Source: Cystobasidiomycetes sp. EMM_F5 (Eukaryota). Taken from it: a DNA stretch of 64,000 nt. The notes beneath the pieces are model-generated. The model was not told the DNA's origin. It worked only from the letters and a program-made list of their open reading frames with translations, and made no database searches. Shown here piece after piece: positions 11,502 to 24,559 of the stretch; the stretch's first letter is position 1, and the number at the start of each line of letters is the position of its first letter. The position numbers were made by a program, and so were the translations under genes. The stretch is from positions 248,001-312,000 of the forward strand of contig JBPGPT010000016.1 in assembly GCA_051047955.1 (NCBI GenBank), written 5' to 3'.

Positions 11502-13272
11502 ATGGCGGCAGAATATGATAAAACGGTTCTGCTGGAAGTAAGCGAGCGCAAGCACTGCCTGCACATGGCCAGCTGACGAGGAACATGCAATCAGCTCATG
11601 CGACAGCCTGGCAACAACAGGTGTATCGTGAGTCGCAGTCAAAGTTCCAGCAACTCAAACGCACTCGCGTCTTTCGTCTACTGACAGCCATTGTGCAGGA
11701 TTGTAATGCTCCCAGTCCGCAATGGGCAAGCGTCAAGTAGGGACTTAGCATTCGCTTTCGTCCGTGATGCTGTATTTACATTATGCAAACAGTCATGGCA
11801 TATTCGTATGCCTCAACTGCTCCGGAGAGCATCGAAGGTGTGTATCAGGCCTAACGTGCGCGTGTCTGTCTTGCGATGCTGACGAGCGTGATTTGCGTTT
11901 AAACACATCGACAGTCTCGGAGTGCACATCAGTTTCGTTCGCAGCTGTACCATGGACAAATGGACCGCTGACCAGATGAAGAAGATGCAGGTTGGTGGAA
12001 ACTGTGGGTTGATAGAAGTCTACGGAAGGCGGTGATGACACGCTCACTGTTGATTCTGCTCGGCTCGGCACGACCGATACAGCGAAAGCGCTGGATTTCT
12101 TTAAGCAATCGCCCGAGTACTCCCCCACAATGACAATCACCGCCAAGTACAACACTCACTTTGCATCGCAGTATCGAGAGAAGTTGTTGTGTGAGGTAGA
12201 GGGTCGAACCTTTGTACCTACCGCTGCCCCGCCTCCATCCGCCGCAATGGACAGCTCTACCGCACTGCGCAAGCCTAGAGCTGGAGCTACGTCTGGACGA
12301 GCGTCGCCTGCCCTGCTCAACCCGGCGGCAGAGTCACCACGGGCTGCATCCCCTATATCTGCGGCGTCCAAAGTCGGAGGTGCTGGCAACCCGTTCGCTG
12401 CCGGTGCTACGCAGAAAGCAGCCAACGAGAACTTCTTTGCGGGGTTGGGCGCAGCCAACTCAAGCAGACCAGAGGATTTACCGCCTTCCCAGGGCGGCCG
12501 TTATACTGGATTCGGCAGCACGCCTACCTATTCCACCAGCAGCCATCCGAGCGCTGGCTTATCATCGCGCGCATTGCCCAGCGTTAGCGATCTACAGCAA
12601 GATCCGGTGCGGGCACTAAGCAAAGGATGGGGTTTCCTGTCTGCTGCTGTCTCGCAGGCTACAAAGACTGTCAACGAGAGTGTCATACAGCCTGGTATTG
12701 CTCGCGCTCAAGATCCGAATCTGTCTGAGCAATTATATGGCTATGTCTCGACTGCTACTCAAGTTGCAACGACCGGAGCTCGTAAGGGCAGCGAGATGCT
12801 AGGTGGCGGTCTGCGGGCTGGCTCGACGTATGCAAAGCAACAAGGATACGATGTCGGTGATCTTGGCGCAAAATACCTCGACAAGGTGACAGGTCAGAGG
12901 AACACGACAAACGGAGACTACGGGTACAACAGCCTCGGCTCGCAAGTGCCTGAGCACGAGTATGGAGAGAGTGGATACGACGACTTTTCCGCAACTACGG
13001 CGTCTACTAGCAACCAGGGCTTCTCCAGCGTAAACGGCGCTCTACCGCAGTCGAGCACGCAAGCGGTACAGCCCAACTCTTCACAACCCGCGAATGCCGA
13101 CTTTTTCGAATCACATTTGTCTGGCAGCGGACGAAGCACTCCGTCAATAGCCAAAGCTGAGCTGGGAGTCGCCGGGATGAGCCTTGGGGGGCGCAAGCCT
13201 GCAGCGAAGAGAGGGCTGGGTGCACAAAAGGCCAAACCCATCGATGAGGATGATTGGGGAAAATTTGATTAG
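11502..13272 (+). CDS. GCS1: ADP-ribosylation factor GTPase-activating protein GCS1/ArfGAP1
   Basis: Short exons give NNRCIDCNAPSPQWAS..GIFVCLNCSGEHR.LGVHISFVRS..MDKW; later LPPSQGGRYTGFGS, ALSKGWG, DDWGKFD*. Confidence 0.92.
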
Positions 13273-13576
13273 ATGGCGCAGGCGTATAAGAGTGCACTTG
13301 TACTGAGTAACGTGCGTGCATACTGTCTGTATGCTTTGGTAAAAAGCGGAGAAGCGGCCAGCTTGCAGTTGAACGATCTGCGCATAGACGCACTTATAAC
13401 ACAGCACTTCAGCTCGTCGCTCCTCGATGGCATTATGCAACCAAAGCGGGCTCCTGTGGCCGTTGAGCCCCTGAGTGGACACGTCTGAGACATTCGGGTA
13501 AAGCGTGCAGACTCGACATCCGTGCAGCCAGCAGACGAGGGATGCAGTACCCGCAGGCTGACAGCGCACCACTGCC

Positions 13577-15918
13577 ATGGCCTACATGAACATGGGCTAC
13601 TCGCCTGCGTACCAGCCAGTGTCCACCGCGACTGACAACTCGGGCTACTTTCCCAACACGGCTTACGCTGGCGTAAATTACCCTCCAGCATCGCAGGGAA
13701 CGGGCGGCAATGTCGCATACACGCCCCTCAGTCCGCAGGCTTCCTATCTGTCCAGACCCGTCAGCCATGCTTCCCAGATGGGTTTGATGGGCAGTGGCCC
13801 CACCGCAACTCCTCCCGTCCGCAGCCCTTATATGACCCGTACGAGTCATTTGTGTGGTTTCCTACTCCCACTATCGCTGTTTGTAGCCATCTTTGCGGGC
13901 ATCTGGACGTGAGGGCGTATCACATCTTGACCCGTGCAGCGGGCAGCTGATGGTGTTCGTGCCTGCATAGATTAACCATCGTTACGGCCATTCGACCAGA
14001 ACGCATGCTCGAGATTCGGTGTACGAATCTGCCATGTCTTCCGTCATACCAAGCTGACTAGGGTGTCCTGCAGCGACGGGCTTCAATTCTTTTGCGAGCA
14101 ATAATCCAAACATCCTTGTCGCAATCTATACCTTCATCAGCTCTCTCCTCAATGCAGTAAGGCTGTCCGCATCACGTGTGACGACGTGCTAAGCTCTGGC
14201 TTTGTAGATTCTAGCTTGGGCATTCGCTCGCGCAGTCGTCATCTACATTCGATACAGAGTATCTCACGGCTCGCCTGTGACGCTGCGGGGCCTGTCAGCC
14301 TTTCAAGCGGCTTCAGTTGGAGCATGGGCATGGCACCCCTTCACCTCGCGCTGGCTGTGGTTGTGCATACTCTGCTGTCTGACTTTTCTGAGTACTACTA
14401 CCGGATTCAATACGATCCTGTCGCGTGAGTACGGCCGCTTCTCTCACTCGACGTGAGCTCATCCCTCTCACAATATTCAGCTACTAGCCAGCGCTTTTCA
14501 CAGGTCATCACATCCCAGGAAATCGATATGTCGGACCCTTCCTTTGCCTCGTTTTACGCTGCTTCTCAGTCCAACTACTATGACTGCAGTCGGTGGACAA
14601 CAGCCAGGGGCATGATGCTGTCACCCTGTCCCGGCGGCACGGCGTTTACGGCAATCATGAACGCTGGCAGGTCTGCATTCGAGACTGGCGAATTGAAGGA
14701 GATATCGTATCTCCGTCTCGGAGGCATCACCTTTAATGGTCAGACAGGAGGTGTCCTGCCTTTTACTTCCTTCCAATCAACCGCTCCAAACCGTTTTTCT
14801 TCCGCCGAAACTCTGTCTCAAACGCCCCAAGCGCAGAATTTCACAATTGCATTGCCTCTGCAAGGTCTTACTGCCAGAGTCAACTGTGCCGAGGTGTCCA
14901 GCAACCCAGTTTCCGATACAGGAGTGAGCTGCAATAGCAAGACTCCGTTTGCTGCGAATGGACCTGCTCCTTCATTGCGTATGAGGGCAGGCTACTGTCC
15001 TTCGTCGAATACATCTGGGGGTTACGACTTCCATATGCGCTTTTTCGGCGACTATGTGCACGTAGATGGTACGACCCGGCATAACGAGTTCCTGTCGTGC
15101 TCAGTTGTGCCTGTGACGGGTTTGCAACGAGGTCTCGTTTATACCTCCTCTGACGATTCCAGCTGGGTAGGCAAGAATCTCGTCCAACAAGGCGTATATC
15201 CACCAGCTCTGTTCGAGCATATACTAAACACAATCGCATCGCTCGCAAACATCTTTGGCCAGGTCAGTCCGAGTTCGGGGTCAGAGGCATGAACGCTGAG
15301 ATGATGCTACTGTAGAACTCGGTGGACAACCTGTTTGCAGAACAGTTCGTTCAGCTGACAACGTCCCATTATGGTGGGTCGTACACCATGTGGCCTCTGG
15401 TGGGCTCGAAGCAGTTGGAAGGCATGATTGCATACGTGAGTTTTGCGTCGATGGCATCGCTGGCCTTCTGACTTTATCGTCTCTACTCAGCTTGCAAGCT
15501 ATGAGCGCCTGCTTGCAGAGGATCGGGCGGCAGGAGACGCAAGCGTGGCACGCCGAACGAGTCAAGGCGTACTCAGTCACGACAGCTTTGCCTTCGCCGT
15601 CAACTGGGCTACCTTTGTACTTCGTGAGCTTTACCCTGCCTCATCCCTCGGACATACACGCTCACGGCCTGTTCAGTAATTCCCATATCTGTTGCCTGTT
15701 TGCTCGGTATGACCTTTCTGGCCATGGGATATACGCATAAGCCGCTGGTACATTTTGACGGTATCAATACCGTTTCTTTGGTGACGGCAGCTGCAGCAGG
15801 AAGTCTGGATCTGCGGGATTCTGCTAGGGCTGGAGCGGGTCCGGATGATCAGGAAGCCAATGACACTCATGTCGGATTCGCGACAGGGCCGTCATGGGGC
15901 TTTGTCAAGAAATATTAG
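13577..15918 (+). CDS. Hypothetical multi-pass membrane protein with Cys-containing luminal domain (multi-exon)
   Basis: ATG 13577; hydrophobic segments, 279-aa exon ORF 14453-15292 with several Cys, C-terminal TM then FDGINTVSLVTAAAAG; canonical splice sites; no family recognised. Confidence 0.6.
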
Positions 15919-16189
15919 AATATCAATAATCTTATCGAGGGCATCAGTATGGGAACGTAGGGTCAGGGTTCCCTTAACTTTGTTCGTGCATGTACGTTTA
16001 GGGATGTCAGTCGGCAGACGATGCGAAGAAGGGAGCGATATCATGCAAGGAAACTATTGTCAATTCGGTTGGTTCGGCTCCGGCTCTGCGGATGTATCAA
16101 CCGATGGTTGCCGATGAACGTATGGCAAACACCTTCTCGTCATCGTGTGGGCTCTTTGTGAAGCAGCTCCATCTAACGATTTACACTAT

Positions 16190-17255
16190 ATGTCTGGTTA
16201 CGGGACCGTGGTACATCCGCAGGGCGGGAATGCTGTCGTTGGAGCGACTTCGCTCAAGGCAAAATGTCGAGCTGGGCGACCTGGGAATCCGGAACGGCAA
16301 CCAGTATACGGTTCTTGGATTATGTTCCCTGGGTGAGGAAAGACGTAGACGCTTATTCTTTCGCGCGACTTACTGACCATAAGAAACAGCGCTGGATTAG
16401 CTCGCGTGATTGCCTCCATCCCCGGCAACGACTGGGTTCTCCTTGATCTTGAACACGGCGCCATTTCGGATAGCGAAATGCACAACATGCTTCCCGCGTT
16501 GAATGGATCTGGTGTAACACCGCTCGTCCGAGTTCCAGCGCCAGAAAATGCCTACATAAAAAGAGCACTTGACGCTGGCGCTCACGGTATCATGTTCCCA
16601 ATGATTGAAACGAAGGTAGCATTCGGTATAGCTTTTGAGAAGATTGAGCTGACAGAGATAATCGCAGGAGCAAGCTGAACAGGTCGTGCGCATGTGCAAA
16701 TTTCCCCCACAGGGCATTCGCGGGGTAGGATCCCCTTTCGCTCCCACATATTTCGGAATGTCTGCGCCCGCATACCAAGATGCAGCAAACGAGTCCCTTA
16801 TGGTACTCGTACAGATCGAAACACCGACAGGCTTGAAGAATGCATACGAAATCGCCTCCGTACCTGGTATAGGTGTGTTCCGATTGGCGTTGACAACGGA
16901 ATTTCAGAGACCTAAGGTCATTCCTTCTAGATATGCTCTTTATTGGACCCAATGACTTGGCCTGCTCAATGGGCAACGGGTCGAGGAACCATTACCAATG
17001 TCCGGAGGTACAGGATGCCATCGAGGATATTAGACAGGCAGCGGAGAAAGCGGGCAAGTTGAGCGGGATCTACTGCTCTACTGGGGAACAAGCGGCTGCA
17101 CGCTTCGCGCAAGGATTCCAATTGATAAACGTCGGTGGGGATATCAACGCCATCACCTCGTGGAGTAGGTCGCACTTCCCGATCCTGTCCATGCTTGCTG
17201 ACATTGTACTACTCCCTCAGTGACGGCAGAACTGGCGAAGGCGAAAGCAACATAG
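16190..17255 (+). CDS. HpcH/HpaI aldolase/citrate lyase family protein
   Basis: DWVLLDLEHG, LVRVP, KRALDAGAHGIMFP, KFPPQGIRG, LVQIET, LFIGPNDL. Confidence 0.92.
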
Positions 17256-17351
17256 TCTGTCTAACCAAACACCATTTTTTACAGGGCATCGCATGATCTA
17301 GTAATGTACTGTTTCAAATCGCATTTTCCGGACTCCTGCTACATGACAGCC

Positions 17352-19759
17352 TTACTCCGCTGAGGCGGGCACTGCTACAATCTCCTCAGCTTCCTTTGCC
17401 TGCTCTACTTCTGCTGCTTGTGTAGGAACCGCTGCCGGGGTGCCCTCCTTGTCTACCATCTTGTCTTCTTCCTTCGTTTCCATTTCTAGAGACTCTGCGC
17501 TTTCCACCGTGGGGATCTTTGTCTTCTTGCTTTCCTTCCGAGGAGACTTTGCGACAATGTCTTTTGATTCTTTCAATGCTTCTTCTGTAGACTTCTCCAA
17601 ATTGGCCAGCGCTACTGCCGCCTTCTGCTGCAATTCCTGAGCCTTCTTCGCCGCTAACGCCTTCTTCTCTATCCATTGAGGCATATCCTTCACAGCACTC
17701 TCCGGTTCGCGCTTGTAGCCAAGGAGCATGCCCTGCAATTCCGCAATGCTGTACTTCTCGTCATCAACATACTCTGACCACGACTTGGCCCACGCAGCGA
17801 TCATTTCTGGCGTGATGTTGTCGGCAAGTTTGAATGGGTGCTCGTTGGCCTTTTCGAGAATCGCGCTTGGTGAGATGCTGCCAGACTGTGTCGTGGAATC
17901 TACAGCATCGGCCAGAGAGGGCTCGAGCAGAGGATCGGCTTCTTGCAACTCCGGCTGGCCAGCGGAGTAGAAGATTTTGAACAGTTGTTCGGCCTGTGAT
18001 CGTGAGGCTCGTCTGTATTCGATGGACAAATCAATTCGACCCGGCCTGGTCAGCGCTGCATCTAAGTCGCTAATCCGGTTGGTAGTCATGAAAAGAATAC
18101 TGTACGCGTGCACACTCCACAGCTCAGTCTACTGAGTATGCCTTGATGAAGTCTCACGTACCGGCCTTCGCTTGCCTCTACGCCATCAATAGCATTCAAA
18201 ATGCTACTTAAGCTCAGCATTCCTCCAGACCCCATACCCATCATTCCCATCGGTCCAGGCATGCCCGGACGTCTCGCGGAAACTGCGACCGCAGGAGGCT
18301 GCTCGGAATTACGTTTTTGGGCGGCTACGGCGACATCCACGTCCTCCATACACAGGATGCTGCGGGGTGGGATGGTTCTCATGGCGGCTTGAAGTCCGGC
18401 ATCGCTCATTGTAGGAGAATTGATGGAAATGACATATACGTCCAGATGCACTTCCGAAGCAAGTGCTTGGACTGTGTTGAAGTGCTCAGCTTTGTATTGT
18501 ACACAGAGTTGACACTACTCACTTGTTGAGCTCTTTCCGGTACCCGGGGCACCGTGCAGGAGTACTCCACGTTTCCAAGGTATTCCTCGCTACAAGTAAG
18601 AGTCAGGCAGTATCTTTAGTCCATACACGATTCTCGTTCAAAATAGCCATACCTGGTTGTACCACGTCTCGCTTTGTAAAAACTCTTTGATATCGCAAAG
18701 CAGCTCCTGTCGTTTATCATCGTCCATGATTATGGAAGCGAGAGGTCGTCTATGCTTGTATGCGACTCGTCGCCACGAACCGCGCTGATCAAGCACTCGT
18801 ATGGTGATCATTTCGGGCTGGACTCGGTCGTACACCTCTTTTGCCTTCTTAAGCAGCTTGAAAAGGGGACGACGAGTGAAAGAGTACGACCGGATGCTCA
18901 TGAGAGACGAGTCTACTGGTGGAGAACCGTAACCTGCATCGTCGGAAGGTCGCGCAACGACCTGCCACCGTTTGAACCTGAATAAGGTTCCTGACTCCCA
19001 GACTAGATGCGAATTGGAGAACTGTCAGCCGATGCGGAAGCAGCCTGTACTTGCAATGGCTTACTGTATTGCGAGGCAGCTATTTTTTGAATGCTATTGA
19101 GTATCCGGTTCTTTCGCAATGTACTGGCTTCACTTACTTTCTTTTGGCATGAGCAGGGGTTGTATCTCCTCACTCTTAATCAGAGCCTGATTCTCGCCTG
19201 GGCTGAAAAGGTCGTATCGAATTAGCTTGATGGAGTCTACAATGTGATTCACAGCTTGACACTCTACTCACCCTTGTTCGACTTCCATCAACCGATGTCT
19301 CATCTGAATGAGTTGATTTCTCGTCTTCTTGTTTGGCTTTGTCTCTATGACAAAGTTTCTACTTCTGGTCTTGAATGCTGGGTTTGCTGTCCAATATGCC
19401 AGGAGCCATTCGTACGCCTGATCGCCTGGCTTGACGAGCGCATCGACGTAAAAGTACTGAGTGAGGTATTCTACCAGGTTTGTTCTATTCCACGTCCGTC
19501 TGAGACGCTCGAACCCGACAGCTAGACTGATCAGCCAGATGTAGCGTCTCAGGAGTGCCCTAAAGTCGGACGAGCGGACGAGTCCGATGAGTCCACCACT
19601 TTCGTACGCCTTTATGATTGTCTGAGTGCTCTCGGCGAGTAGTTCGTAAATCTTGCTTGATAAGACATTGATGAGCAGAAAGGCGCCTCCGAATCCGCCG
19701 AGATTCATCCCCATTGACGATGGGGCCGCCAAGCGACGTGAGGCTGAGGTGACACTCAT
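17352..19759 (-). CDS. BCS1-like AAA ATPase (multi-exon)
   Basis: AYEWLLAYW, RPLASIIMD, DIKEFL..WY, RGIPWKRGVLLHGAPGTGKS (Walker A), ILCMEDVD (Walker B), LSSILNAIDGV, MTTN, DAALTRPGRID. Confidence 0.9.
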
Positions 19760-20244
19760 TGTTGCCGTAGTGTGTTGAGAAAGAAAGAGAGAACAGCAGG
19801 GAGAATTGTCTGACTGTACGCCCAGAGTGGCTGCGAATTCCGGTTCGACCGGCGTTGACACCAGCCGTTATGTTGGCAACTCAGTCTGCCTCCTTCAATT
19901 GAAGCAAGCCATGATTCGAGCCATACAGATTGGTCGAGTTGGGAGCTCGACAAGCAGATGACGAGTCGAATGCTGGGACCTGAAAGACATGCACGTGACG
20001 CACCTTACGCGCCCCTAAAGCAGAAGCAACAAAGCAGATGTTTCGTGTGTCCAGAGTCATTGCAAAGCATGTGTATAGTACAATCTCCGGGCCACACATT
20101 AGTGATTCCTAGCGAGCTCGTAGTGAGTTGATATATACACGGTCCCAAGATCGAATGCCTTGCATCCTGACCGATGACTAAGTTATTGATACCCGCGATG
20201 TCAATTCCTCCCAAACCGAGCAGACACCCAATATCACCGCGGGT

Positions 20245-21294
20245 ATGCTCGACCTAGCGTACCTGTTCTCGCCGTCGAGCGGCTGCCCAAGCCGAAAGCT
20301 GCCATTCAAACGCATAGCGATAACCGGACCAGCACCAGCTTCTGCCCCATTACAATTGGCACTATCCTTCCTTACCACTGGTAGAACGGAGGACGAAAGG
20401 TGGCAGGATGTCGAGTCCGACCCTCAAGTTTTAATCCTATCGTCATCCCGGGCAGATTGGCACGCCGGGCTGGTCGAAGAGAATGACGAGCACCTCGCTG
20501 CGCACGGCGGTGACCCAGCCATAACGCGTCAGCTTCAGAAGAACGTAGACATGCGCTTCCTCGAGTCAACAGCGCAATGGAGGTTCTTTTGCTCGGCTGT
20601 CGGCGAGCCTACGGCAGAATCACCGAAAGCAGGACAGACAAACCCTCTTACTCTGAGCAAGCGTGCTCCGGACCTTGTGATTGTCCATAATCTCAGTGGA
20701 TTATTGAACGAAGACAAGAATGCAGGGTGAGATAGAGAGTCACTTCATGCAGACTGACAGAAGCTCATCACCCACTTCTGCAGTGCTGGCGTGGAGGTAT
20801 ACTCATCCCTTCTCGCTGCCACACTCTCTGCGTTTGCAGATTCGCAACATATCGTCTTCCTCGACAACATCGATGCGCGTCACCAAGCTATACCACTGTT
20901 GCCTGCTCACCTCGACTCTAGTCTCCGCAAAAGGCTGCGGCAGTCTGAAGCAGAGCAGGAAGGACGCGGTATTTTCGGAGCACGCAAGCCGGTATCAACT
21001 ACCAACAATCCGGGAAATCAGAACTCGACTTCGGCCTATACGCCAGAGCCGCGAAAGATGCCAACGAGATTGATCTTGGAGTATTTCTGCGATGGAATTG
21101 GCAATGTATCGGACGAAGGTGGGATGGACAACTTGAATTGGTACGAGATACGCATGGAGCAGTCTGGAAGGACTCATCGCTCGGCAGAACGTATCAACCC
21201 ATTTGAACCGGTGAATATGAGGTATGCTGTTCACAAAGTCGCTGATGAGAGCGGGTACAGTGGTAGAGACCGGAGCAGGGTCAGCTTTGGTTGA
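20245..21294 (+). CDS. Hypothetical protein, possible degenerate RecA-fold (SWSAP1-like)
   Basis: Two exons (ORFs 20245-20730 and 20791-21294, GTGAGA..CAG intron); beta/alpha pattern IAITGP..VLILSSSR..VDMRFL..PDLVIVHNLSGLL. Confidence 0.55.
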
Positions 21295-21618
21295 ATCAGA
21301 GCTTCAGTTAAGTTAAGTTACAAGTGACGCCTATTGTTGCCACTTTCGCGCGTACTTTCGTGATGATCGACTACTGGATGCGGCCTTGACTTGCTTCCAG
21401 CACTGCATTTGCTGATGATCTGAGACTGCGCTGCTGGCGGGACACGACGGCCACGCTGTTTGTCTGCGCCGTTGATTGAAGGCGACGCGACTCTGCCAAC
21501 AGGCAAACGGCGGCCCCAGTACGAGGGTCGCTGACAAGGACAACCCCGCGTACCATTTCGGACCAGGCCTGCTACCACTAGCAGCAGTGGGTCACACTGC
21601 ATATCTAAGCCGGCCATC

Positions 21619-24385
21619 ATGTCCTTCTATTCCGATCTAGTGCGTCTCACTGAGCTTACTGAGGACAGCCTCGACGGCTACCCGCTAAAGGCGTATATTC
21701 AACCAGATTCTAAGCAAGCAAGGCCCGCTAGGCAAAGTATGGCTGGCTTCGCATCTCGAACGGAAGCTGGGCAAGCAGACGCTGCTATCTCTCAGCATCC
21801 CATCTGCCGCAAAGGCGATTCTAGGATCCGACGATGCCCAAGTCGAAGTCATGGCTCTCCGGCTATCTGGGCAGCTCCTGCTCGGCGTAGTGCGAATATA
21901 CTCTCGCAAAGCCAAATACCTAATGGACGACTGCTCTGAAGCACTAGTCAAGATCAAGATGGCATTCCGCTCCGCAGCAGGCCAGACCGCAATGGGGGCT
22001 ACTTCAGCCGCCGCTCGAGCGCGCGATGTAGATATGCCAGAACAGGATGCAGACGCAGCTAGAGCAAACATCAACCTCAACTTGGCGTTGAGTAATGATC
22101 GCGCTGGCGAATTTGACCGCTTGTATAATGCTGAGTTTAACATGTATGGAGCTGGATATGGCCTTTGGTGAGTACATCTTCGACTTACGTGTATTAGAGT
22201 GAAAGGCCAATTGATTAGTGCAACCTTTCAGGGAAGAGCTGAATCTACTCGCAACGCCAAATAGCAAGAAGCCAGTCAAGCCAGCTGGAACTGGCAAGTC
22301 GACCACCTCGAGACATGCCGACATTACTTTACCAGAGCACGAAAACTTCTTTTACGAAAATGACTCCGTATACGGTGATGCGTTCGGATTCGGCTCGCAG
22401 GAATTCAGAGCAGCATCTATAGCCAGTGGAGAGGAACTCGATCTTGGCTTGGATGATTTCGAGTTAGATCTTGGACTTATGGACGATGACCGTGATGTTG
22501 GAGACAACCGTGCAGTCGATGCGCAACGTCAAGACGATGATCTTCTGAGCTCTCCTACCCGAAATGCTGCTGCACATAGGGGCGCACAGAAGTCCAACAA
22601 GGTGGCAGCCATGACAGCGGCAGAAAGGCAGCGCAGCTCCTCAGAAGTACCGTCGGTCGAATTGGGTCGACGAGATCTGAATGATCGATCTCTCAGTATG
22701 GGTCCGGAAGCGCTGGGATTGCCAGCCGGCGAAGCGAATGAATCGACCTTCGATAAGACCGCCGGAGACGCACGAGCAATGTCGTTCGAGCCAGTCGAAA
22801 ACATGGATTTCGATTTCGGAGGAGGCAATGATTTTGACCTTAATGATGGGCAATTAAGTGAGCATGCGACCTATTAGTCTGTCTTAAGCATGCGCAGAAG
22901 CCACTGACGCTGGCAAATTCGATAGCTCCCCGTGCGCGGTCACCACTCACGCCCCTTTCTCAGCTTGGTGACGACCTCCCTGAAGACATAGAAGGACCCG
23001 TTACGCAAACCGATCTTGACATGACCCCGAGAACGGCCAAGCGAGTCGAGGTCATTGCAGCTCAAGGATCTGCCACTCGCAAGCGTAAAGAGGCTACTCT
23101 AGCTGCCGGCAACGCAGGCGAGAAGCCGCGCCCGTCTAAAATGGCTCGTCAGGTTGTCGATCCAGTCATCGAGTTGACAACTCGGCTCGGAGGCATGGCG
23201 GACTCTCAGACGCAATCACAAAATGGCAATTCTATCAGCCTCGCGACTCGCGAAGAGAGGGTGGAGCACGGCCTGTTGATCAACCCCAAATACCTACCGA
23301 GGACCAGTCTAGAGATGCGATATGAGGAAATACAACAGGATCCAGTCAAGCATTTCCTGGCTGGTATGCACGATTTTGCCGATAACAACAATAAGGAGAA
23401 CAGATCGTTCTATGCGGGTCCACCTGGACTGCCTAAGCAGCTGCAGGGACTATTTCAATTCACACTGGGAAAGAAGGGAATATTGGGCGTTAAGCGACCT
23501 GCCACTGCCGTGCAGCCTGGAGCATTGCCAGCCGAGAATGAAGATGCTAGACGCAAGCGCGCGAGGTCGAGTGCAGCTCCTGAAGAGGTCGAGTTGGGAC
23601 GAGAGCGGCAGGCATCTATTGCACGCGACCACGACTTCTTCGACTTCGGCGGAGACGGGCCAGATTATACAGACTTTGCAGGCAACGATTTTGAGCTCGA
23701 CATGAACATGGATGCGACTGTTGATGTAGCAGATGCGACTCGTACGGCGCTTGAAAAGACACCTTCTCGTATGAGCACGCCGGGTCTGTTGGATGCATCG
23801 CTGCATATCGATCTCGACCTAGACGGCATTGATCGCGAGAATGTATCAGTATTATCGATCTTTGATCCGGTAACGAAAGCCAATCAAGCGTCTACACCTC
23901 ACCGGCAAACCGCAAGTCAGCTAAGCGCACCTGGTACACGGGCCTCTCAGATCTCTTTGGAGGAGTCCAACGTGTCGCAAGCGGGAGACAGGACCATTTC
24001 TGCAAGCCAAAAGCAAAGCACCGGTGGTTGGAGCAAGAATACGGTGAAGGCGCTGCGAGTACTTGAGCACGAATTTCTGCCTGACCCGGAGGCGTCTCTA
24101 AGCTTCGACCGCCTCGCGAACCGCGCGAGCAGGAAGGCGGCTTCAAGCATGATCTATGAGAGTCTCATCTTGGCCACCCGTGGCTGCATCAAGCTGCAGC
24201 AAGCCGAGCCGTACGGGGATATCGAGATCAGTTCCAAACCCAAATTATTTGAAGTCTGTCAGGGGCTGAACAAGCTCTCGGTCAATGAAGATGAAGGTGA
24301 TGAGCATAGTGGAGGTAATGTCACGCTTGCTGGGGAGATGAGGGATGTTCCCACTCCCGCTTCAAGGCGCGGTCAACGGGACTGA
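21619..24385 (+). CDS. RAD21: Cohesin kleisin subunit RAD21/Scc1
   Basis: N-terminal ILSKQGPLGKVWLASH.ERKL, ALRLSGQLLLGVVRIYSRKAKYLMDDC; C-terminal winged helix ASRKAASSMIYESLIL..QAEPYGDI. Confidence 0.93.
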
Positions 24386-24559
24386 ACAGGAGGTATGGTT
24401 GAATTTGGGAACATTCTGCTAATTTTACGGTATACATACTGGAGAATGATATAGTCCATCTTGTCGTTGTAGCGATAGCAGCATCCATCTTGTTTACCAG
24501 TAATATCATGATATAGACGCAAAGCATCACGTCGTTGTTTGCCTTCGTACGTACAACCC

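Noticed and set aside
16190..17255. Bacterial-type HpcH aldolase as recent horizontal transfer
   Set aside because: Has several canonical introns and the family is widespread in fungi
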